From positions 279,372,001 through 279,436,000 of the forward strand of contig OZ024743.1 of assembly GCA_964016885.1 (NCBI GenBank): a stretch of DNA of 64,000 nt. The letters run 5' to 3'. Position 1 is the first letter of the stretch. Each line of letters begins with the position of its first letter. A model generated the notes under the pieces. That model had not been told where the DNA came from, ran no database searches, and was given only the letters and a program-made list of their open reading frames with translations. This document shows positions 56,266 through 64,000 of the stretch, one piece after another. Source of the stretch: Eledone cirrhosa. Its lineage: Eukaryota. The position numbers and the translations under genes were made by a program.

Positions 56266-56949
56266 AATTTAAAGGGCTAGTTTCGTTTAACCTCCCCGAG
56301 AATTACGGTAGGAGAGCACGTGTATTCTAACACTCTAAATTCAAAAAGGACCAAGCTTATATATATATATATATATATATAAGAGAGAGAGTGAGAATTA
56401 TGGTAAAATCCTTATTGGTCACAGGTAAGCATGTACTCAATACATTCGTAAAACCTAGGCGTCTTTATGTAACACAGAAATGACTTCTACGGGACTAGAA
56501 CTGTTTCATTCATATGAAATCACCAAGAGGGTCAGAATCCGTCGCTATCGTAGTTTGTAATTTCTTTGGATATTGAAAACAGCAATAAAGCAGAGGAAAG
56601 ATTTGTAGTTATCTAAAAGTAAAATTTAGGATGATCCCCTTGCCTCACTGATTTTGCTTCTTCCGGACAAAGTTGTGACCACGTGGGCCTATAAATACTA
56701 CAAAGATTAATGACTCTATTTAAAGGAACTAGCGGGGGCCTACACATCAATAATGGGCTTTTCGGATTTAAGACCAGGTGTTGAACCCCAGAACCACCGG
56801 TGGGTTTAGAATAAACATTCAAGAATTCTTTAATAATCTCGGTCTAAAAATAACAATTTAATGCAACATTACTAGAGCACACAGTCTAGACGTTACATTA
56901 AATTAGCCACTTACCTTTACCACCCCTACTCCAAAACAAATGAGTCCTT

Positions 56950-59600
56950 AAAATACATCAACATACACCAACCTAGATACAACACGATGACATGGACCAG
57001 AGATAACGTGCCCTTCTCGACGCATAAAAACAATAGCGAGCGGATTTTTTAAGCGAAAGTTGACAGAGCAGTGGTCAAAAACAGGGAGTGGTGTGTTCTC
57101 AAGAAAGCAATTAGACTAAAATCGGTAGATTTGAGTAAAGAAGTAACGATAGAATGAAATAGAAAGCCGGAGGATTTAGTAGCTAACTTAGATTAGGTGG
57201 TTAGGAGAGGCATTGTAACCAACGTGCTATCTGCGAGAATGGCAGTAGTCCATTTCTTCAATACGAAACACGAAGGTTGCATTCGCAGAGCTAAGGCGTG
57301 TGCTCTAAGTCTTAGAGTCTAAGAAACAATGGAAGGAAAGTTGTTCGATAGACCCCAGTGGCAGAGATGCAGCGTGAGAACAAAATCACAATTTGGCCTG
57401 TGACGGACCGAAATGGGCGGGTACTTGTCGATTCTAAGCAGCTCTGTGTGACCTTTCGCCAGCCCAGCACTCTGCACAACTGTTCGGGGAGACCGGAGTT
57501 CGGAGACGTTAGCAAACTTCAGTTCCTACCTAGATGATCTTCCACGAGTCTCGGCGAATAATGCTAAATGTTGCGAAAATTCAATAACAGCAGCCGAGAT
57601 ATGGTAAACACTAACCGAATCTATGTGGCGCAAACTTTGGATAGTCTACCCTATGTGTTTTCTGTAGTCATGCCAGACATGCTCACCGATCTCCGTTAAG
57701 CTGTCTTTTGCAACGTTAGCATCCGTAGTCTTGTGAGTCGTGGCGTAATAACGCTGATGATGTCAGGCGAAAACAAGCGGAACTTTATAGATCATTTCCA
57801 GCCCATATCTCTTCTAAACACAGATTTAAGATTTTGGTGGAGGTGCGATGATGTTGGCGCTTGTCGTCAACAGCCTGGAAAGGGAGGTGCAGTAAACCTG
57901 ACTACGGCGGGGCCCTGATCAATGTATATCATTGAAAGAACCAACGAATAGGTCGCCTATCGATACTTAGACGATATCCTCATGGCGGCCTGATTCCTTC
58001 TTTTCTTCAGAGGCTGGATCCCTACAATGCACAGCTTAGTCCGATTGGCGGTCAAATTAAATGGCCACCTCCGAGAACCGTTCAAATGCTTGTTATTGAT
58101 CCCTGAAGTATGCCCTCTTTCCTTCCTTCCCTTTGTGCAGACGCACGAGCCACTACTGCACCAATTCGAGCTTCTGCAAGACATCCCATTCTTACAGCAA
58201 CGTGGAAGCGCTGCGTCACCGAGAAAGTCGCGGTAGTCGGCAAATTTCTATGAAAGTTTCACGGGAGTAACGATCAACCCGCTCAAGTCAGCGGGTTTTC
58301 ATCTCGGGGCCTGGTAAAGCAAATACATGTCGTTCAACAGCGTCATTAGGTGTTGAACAGACGGACCGGCGAAATTGTTCGGGTTCTGGTTTGATAAAGA
58401 CATCTAGTTGGATAGAAACTGGAACGAGAGAACCAGCGCCTTGGCTACTCTCACCCAGAAATGGGCCGAGAGGAAGCTACTACTGATATGTCAGGTAGAC
58501 GAGATGAATGCCTCTCCTCCGTCTCCTATTACCGCTTGCCCGTCGTGCCTTACCTCTCCAAAATGAAGCACCTCCTCTTCAGTTTCTTGTGCATGCCGTC
58601 ACTGATGATGCGCTAACATGTGCTGAGGTGAAGGCATTTCCACTTATTGCTAAACGGCGAACAGGTTTGGTAACCGTTTGTGACTGAGCTGCAGTCGAGG
58701 GTTATGCGAATACCGAGACTGGACACGTGGCATCTTGAATGTGGTCAGTCGCTCACAGCCCTCTAACAATTAGTAAATGCAGTCAGTGGAGATTCCTATG
58801 TGGAAATTTCTATAGCGAACTAGCTGGGGCAGAGACGACGTTCTCAAAAATAATTTTGGGCAGCGACGATATGGAACTAGCCAGTCTATTCTAGAAAACC
58901 AATAAGCCGAGGACTATGGACTTCCAGAAATCTCTGGCTTTGCAGTGCTACCGGAGGGCTCTGTCGGTTCGAGACACACGCTACAAGCATGAAGATATAT
59001 ATTTATGCATATGTATATATCTTCATGCTTGTATATATCTTCATGCGCACAGAGTGATGAAACCGTTCAACATGCATTTGTCCATTGTCGGTGCGTTGCT
59101 GACTTGTAGAGTTTTGTCGAACCGCTATTGTCGCGTATCGAACGGATCATGGAGATCGACCCGCTACTTTCTTTTGGCCTGGAAGTGCAGTCAGTTTTCC
59201 TGTCTGGTGGCTGTAGTGACAGAGCTCATGTTCAGTACGCTGATGAAAACATTGAAGACAAACACATTCCTCTTCGGTTAAGCCCTCAGCAACTTTGTCA
59301 GGTTCCACTTGGAAAGGAAATTGAGAATGAAGAGGGAATTTCTACACCCATCCCAATACAATTGTTAAAAGCTGAGTAAATGTAGCGTGGATGGCCCGAG
59401 CGAATTGGCCTACTCTGACTATGCACCTGTAGGCTGGTGTGTTTAATGAGGAGACGGGCACCCTCTAATGTTGCTCTTGGATGTTATGGTGGTTTTTGAT
59501 CTGTGCGGTCCCTAAGTTACCCCTTGGGTGGTACTCCCCCTATTGGGGAATTGTGTTGTTATTAAGTTTTTGTTAATTGTTGCTCGTTACATATAATTAG
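56950..59600 (+). pseudogene. Older, heavily degenerate Tx1-like LINE
   Basis: FQPISLLNTDL; VKLNGHLREPF; segments homologous to 27190-28270 (TCTCACCCAGAAATGGGCC, GGACTTCCAGAAATC, CAGGTTCCACTTG). Confidence 0.7.
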
Positions 59601-60376
59601 GCAAAAGTCTTGTCATGTAAGTTGTGCATCACAACTATTAACGCTAGGAGCTTTATGTTACGAAGCCGAAAATTGGTCTGCTATTTAGTAAGTCTGATAA
59701 ACAAAAAACAAAAAATGAAGGATGTCTCGAGAGGAGCAAGAAGGAGTGATAGTGAGATGGGCAAGGAGAAATTGGAATAAAGAGAAACGTGGAGAGGGGG
59801 AGGGAAGGAACAGAAAGAGAACAGGCGAGAAACAGATGAGATAGAGGAGCTCGCTATTAAAAACATAGCAGCTTCGCAAAAAGTGGCCTCAAGTAAGTCT
59901 TAATATATATATCAATACACAGTATGTCATCACCATACGAACATTCTACTTACGAACTTCCGCAGACACGAACAGTCTCACGAAGAAAAAAAATATGTTG
60001 TTTGAGTTTGAAATTCGGTTCTTTTGTGCCCTGTGTTCCTTCTTTTGCAGCATAAAAACAAGACGAAATCGTATATACGTTATGGGATTCCATTCTGCTT
60101 TCGCAGAATTGAAAAGTTACTTTTTATTGTCATTATTATATGTTATATATATATATTATATGTTATATATTTGAGGGCGGTGGATTGGCTGTATCAGTAG
60201 AGGGTTGGACGCCATGCTTTGCAGCAAAGAGTTACGGCGCTTTATGGTCTGAGTTCAAATGCCACCGAGGTTAACTTTGCCTTTCATCCTTAGGGAGTCG
60301 ATAAAATAAAGTACCAGTAAAAAACTGGGATAATTTCTCGCCTTGTGCAAAAAGTAGAAACACTTATATGTTATAT

Positions 60377-60570
60377 AGGGCCGGAGAATTGGCAGTATCG
60401 GTAGAGAGTTGGACGCCATGCTTTCCAGCATAGTTACATCTCTTTACAGTCTGAGTTCAAATCCCGCCGAGGTTAACTTTGCCTTCATCCTTACAGGGTC
60501 GATAAAATAAAGTACCAGTAATGTACTGGGTTATTGCTGGCCTTGTGCCAAAAGTAGAAACAATTATTAT
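60377..60570 (+). mobile_element. tRNA-derived SINE, full length; tandem partner at 60174-60365
   Basis: A box TGGCAGTATCGG, B box GAGTTCAAATCC, core GCCTTTCATCCTTACGGGGTCGATAAAATAAAGTACCAG, (ATT)n tail. Confidence 0.88.
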
Positions 60571-60592
60571 ATGTTATATATACCTCTATATA

Positions 60593-60624
<32 letters not shown>

Positions 60625-60924
60625 CACTCATATGAAAACCTACAGTGTTAATATAACATATATAGGCTTAGTGGTACGTACTGTGTAAGACGAACAACTT
60701 AGGAACGAAAAGCCTCTTGGAACGTAACTCGTTTGTAAGTTGGAGACTTTCTGTATATACTGTATATACGACGAACAATCACCAGTATCTTTATCTCGTT
60801 AGCCACCTTTCTGGCATGCACATTCGGACGTTAAGGTGGCATTACACTTGTGATTAAAATTTGTGCAACAGATTGGAAAACAACTTTGTCATATATATAT
60901 AATGTATATATATATATATATATA

Positions 60925-60971
<47 letters not shown>

Positions 60972-61671
60972 ATATGTATGAAGGAAACAAAAAAGAGAAA
61001 AACTAGAAAGAAAGAAGTTCATATAGTATCTCTTGTTGTGGCATTTACCTAATTAAATGATAAAGCTAAAAACCCTCGTTATCAAATATCAAGCTGCCAT
61101 TGTCCCAGCCAATTTTCAGCAGATTTATCAAATTCAGTCCGTGATTTTAAGTACTAAATCAACAATGTCTCTATTGGAAATCGTATTATGCATGAATTTT
61201 TCTCGCAAATAATCCACAATCATTACTGCAAGACGTCTCGTAAAACATTGCCCAATACCAAAATATTATTTTCTTTACATTTCACTTTGGCAATTGTAGT
61301 TTTCTAATTAAATGATGATTATCACAAAATGAATGATAAAGGTCTTTTATATTTAAGAATTTTAATTTGTTATTTGATGTTTCCATTGTTTATTTGCTTG
61401 GTGTTCTACCTGTTGTTGTTTTTGATGTTACTTTAGCTGTTGTTGTTGCGTTTATTGTAATCTTTGTTCTGGTTCTTGCTTATATTCTGTATATAAATAT
61501 TTATAATGTTACCATATACTTCGTTTGTTTTGTGCAATACTGTATGGTATATTCGTGGTTTTTCCATTCCCTACGATTTTCTTCACGTAGACATTCTTGT
61601 CGCAGCTCAAATATATGTTTCTTTAAACATCGAATATTTTCAAAAGGACCTATCCCGTTTTAACTGAGTAA

Positions 61672-61985
61672 ATAGGTGAACTGTCGGTGACTAAACCGGC
61701 AACCCCAACGAGCTTGTTTTGTGAGGAGGATGATATTTGGACAACCTGCGGGATGAAATACAAGACCCGGCAAAGGGCGGAGGAACTCAACAGTCAACGG
61801 CCATCCAAATAGTACTTTTTTTCCAACTGGAAGAGAACGGCCCCCAGTTGTTGTCACAGCACCTTTCTAGGAGAGAGAAACTCTGAAAAAGAAAAACCTG
61901 CGGCTTCGGAAGCATCCGACGATGTTGACCAGTTCTCCTTTTCCGCAAGTGTTTTCGATGCTCAGAGAGTGGGTTTGGTCGAATG
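61672..61985 (+). mobile_element. RTE-like LINE 5' UTR fragment
   Basis: CTAGGAGAGAGAAACTCTGA..AAACC and AAGGGCGGAGGAAC resemble motifs I recall from RTE 5' UTRs. Confidence 0.4.
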
Positions 61986-62736
61986 CAAGGCGTTTCCCCA
62001 CTTAGAAAACATTTAAAGCACAGACATTGCTTGTTCAGGATATGTTACAGGTTCGTATGGCTGGCCGTAGCCTAAAAGTGCACCAAAGTCTATAATCTGA
62101 CAAGCGATTGCAATACTCTTAGCAGAGTTTGCAGCCATCATATATATAAAGAATGAAATAGAGAAAGTATTCCATAGTAAGATATACGCAGAGAAATATT
62201 GATGTTGAGATAGAGAAACGGGTAGAATAATCTTTATATACCATATATGTTTGTAAACACAATATGTCAGTATATAAGAATATTCATGGCGATGTGTGTG
62301 TGTGAGGGCCAGCAAGAGTGAGAGAGAGAGAGCGAGGGAGAGCAAGAGAGACAGAGGGGGTGAAGGGGAGAGAGAAGACACAGAGAAGGAAAGAATGAGA
62401 AGGATATATAAAAAAATGAGAAAGAAAACAGTGTGAAGAAAATGTAACAATAGTTAAAATCATGTGATAATTCTGTTTAGACGGATAATTTTATCACAAC
62501 AGAAAATACTTAGAAATGTAGAAAATATCTATTCTTGTTATTCTTGGCATTCCTGTTATTATTGTTATTATTATTAATATTTTCCTATGGTTGTTTACAT
62601 CTCTTTTCTTTTCGAAGTGTGAGTTATTTCACTTCGAGTTTTCTAACCGCCATACACACTCACACAAACACAATTACACACAATTACACACAATTACACA
62701 CACACACACATATATATATATACATATATAAACGTT

Positions 62737-62834
<98 letters not shown>

Positions 62835-62926
62835 CAAGGGTAATGTGCGCGTACGTCGGTCCGGGTCTATATTCCATCAAGAATATATATATATATAAAT
62901 ATATATGTATGCATATATACATATAC

Positions 62927-62959
<33 letters not shown>

Positions 62960-63235
62960 CGTGTGGATGTGTGTGTGTTCTTTTCTTTCAACCTTCTTGA
63001 AGGTTCTTTCTATAAAATTGCATTTTTTTATATGCTACGGTAACAATAACACAATAGAAAAGAGATTGAGAAGCCGGCTTGATAATTCTCTTGCGATAGC
63101 TTAGTCTGATGAAATGGCTTCTTTCTTAGCTTCATAACACAGCGGATATTGTAACTTGCAATACCTTACCATATATCATGTACATATATACGCACACACA
63201 CATAAGCACGCACACACCCTGTATATATATATATG

Positions 63236-63368
<133 letters not shown>

Positions 63369-63397
63369 TTATATATATATGTATATATATTTACATA

Positions 63398-63515
<118 letters not shown>

Positions 63516-63933
63516 GGAACAAGTATGACCCCGACGGCAGAGCTCAAGCCGTTTCGACGTCTAATTCTGGACAATACGCGTCGAGAATTAGCCGTCGAAA
63601 CGGCTTGAGCTCTGCCGTCGGGGTCATACTTGTTCCTATTACCCACTCTACTACCCTAAGTATTGAGTACTTTGGTGCGTTATGGTCCATCTGGTTCCTT
63701 ACCACATTTCACTCATTATATAAATATATATATATTTATATATATATATATATATATATATCCATATATATATATATGAATATATACATATATATATATA
63801 TATATGTGAATATAGACATAGAATATTCGAAAATATTCTGTATGTTTATAATAAACATTTTGAAGACCTAATCGCTATAGAATAGAATACGTCACGTATT
63901 ACAATTAGATTCTCGATAAAAGCAAGGGAAGTA

Positions 63934-63972
63934 AGTCTACGCGTTTCATTCTTGTTAGAATTCATCAGGACT
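63934..63972 (-). ncRNA. Canonical minimal type I HHR
   Basis: agtc CTGATGA attct aaca agaat GAAA cgcg TA gact. Confidence 0.9.
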
Positions 63973-64000
63973 ACATATCCAGTGCTTTTATCGAGAATGA

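Noticed and set aside
61705-61790. HDV-like ribozyme at the RTE 5' UTR
   Set aside because: I could not assign the double pseudoknot by eye.
63068-63125. TTGATAA or CTGATGAAA near a GAAGCC/GGCTTC stem
   Set aside because: No consistent stems II and III.

Overview
AT-rich, microsatellite-saturated animal genomic DNA with no confidently identifiable host gene. The SINE type and (TA)n/(CA)n density suggest an octopod cephalopod (inference). Most ORFs in the track are translated microsatellites. Real coding remnants all belong to retroelements: a near-full-length R4/Dong-clade RLE LINE and a 5'-truncated sister copy, both inserted in (CATA)n; two Tx1/L1-like LINE remnants; RTE remnants; and Penelope-like element (PLE) RT and GIY-YIG fragments. 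There are also about 10 tRNA-derived SINE copies and a non-autonomous Helitron. The main signal lies in the short islands between (TA)n tracts, where I can fold about 30 type I hammerhead ribozymes (HHRs) from many unrelated families. These include U3-A8 and C4 core variants and forms with very long stem II/III. They sit in non-coding 430-605 nt monomers that read through their own end-to-start junction (tandem or circularly permuted) and are inserted as asymmetric fold-backs with two fixed family-specific ends. This looks like a diverse community of PLE-mobilised, (TA)n-targeted retrozyme-like elements. All folds and alignments were done by eye, and coordinates may be off by a few bases.
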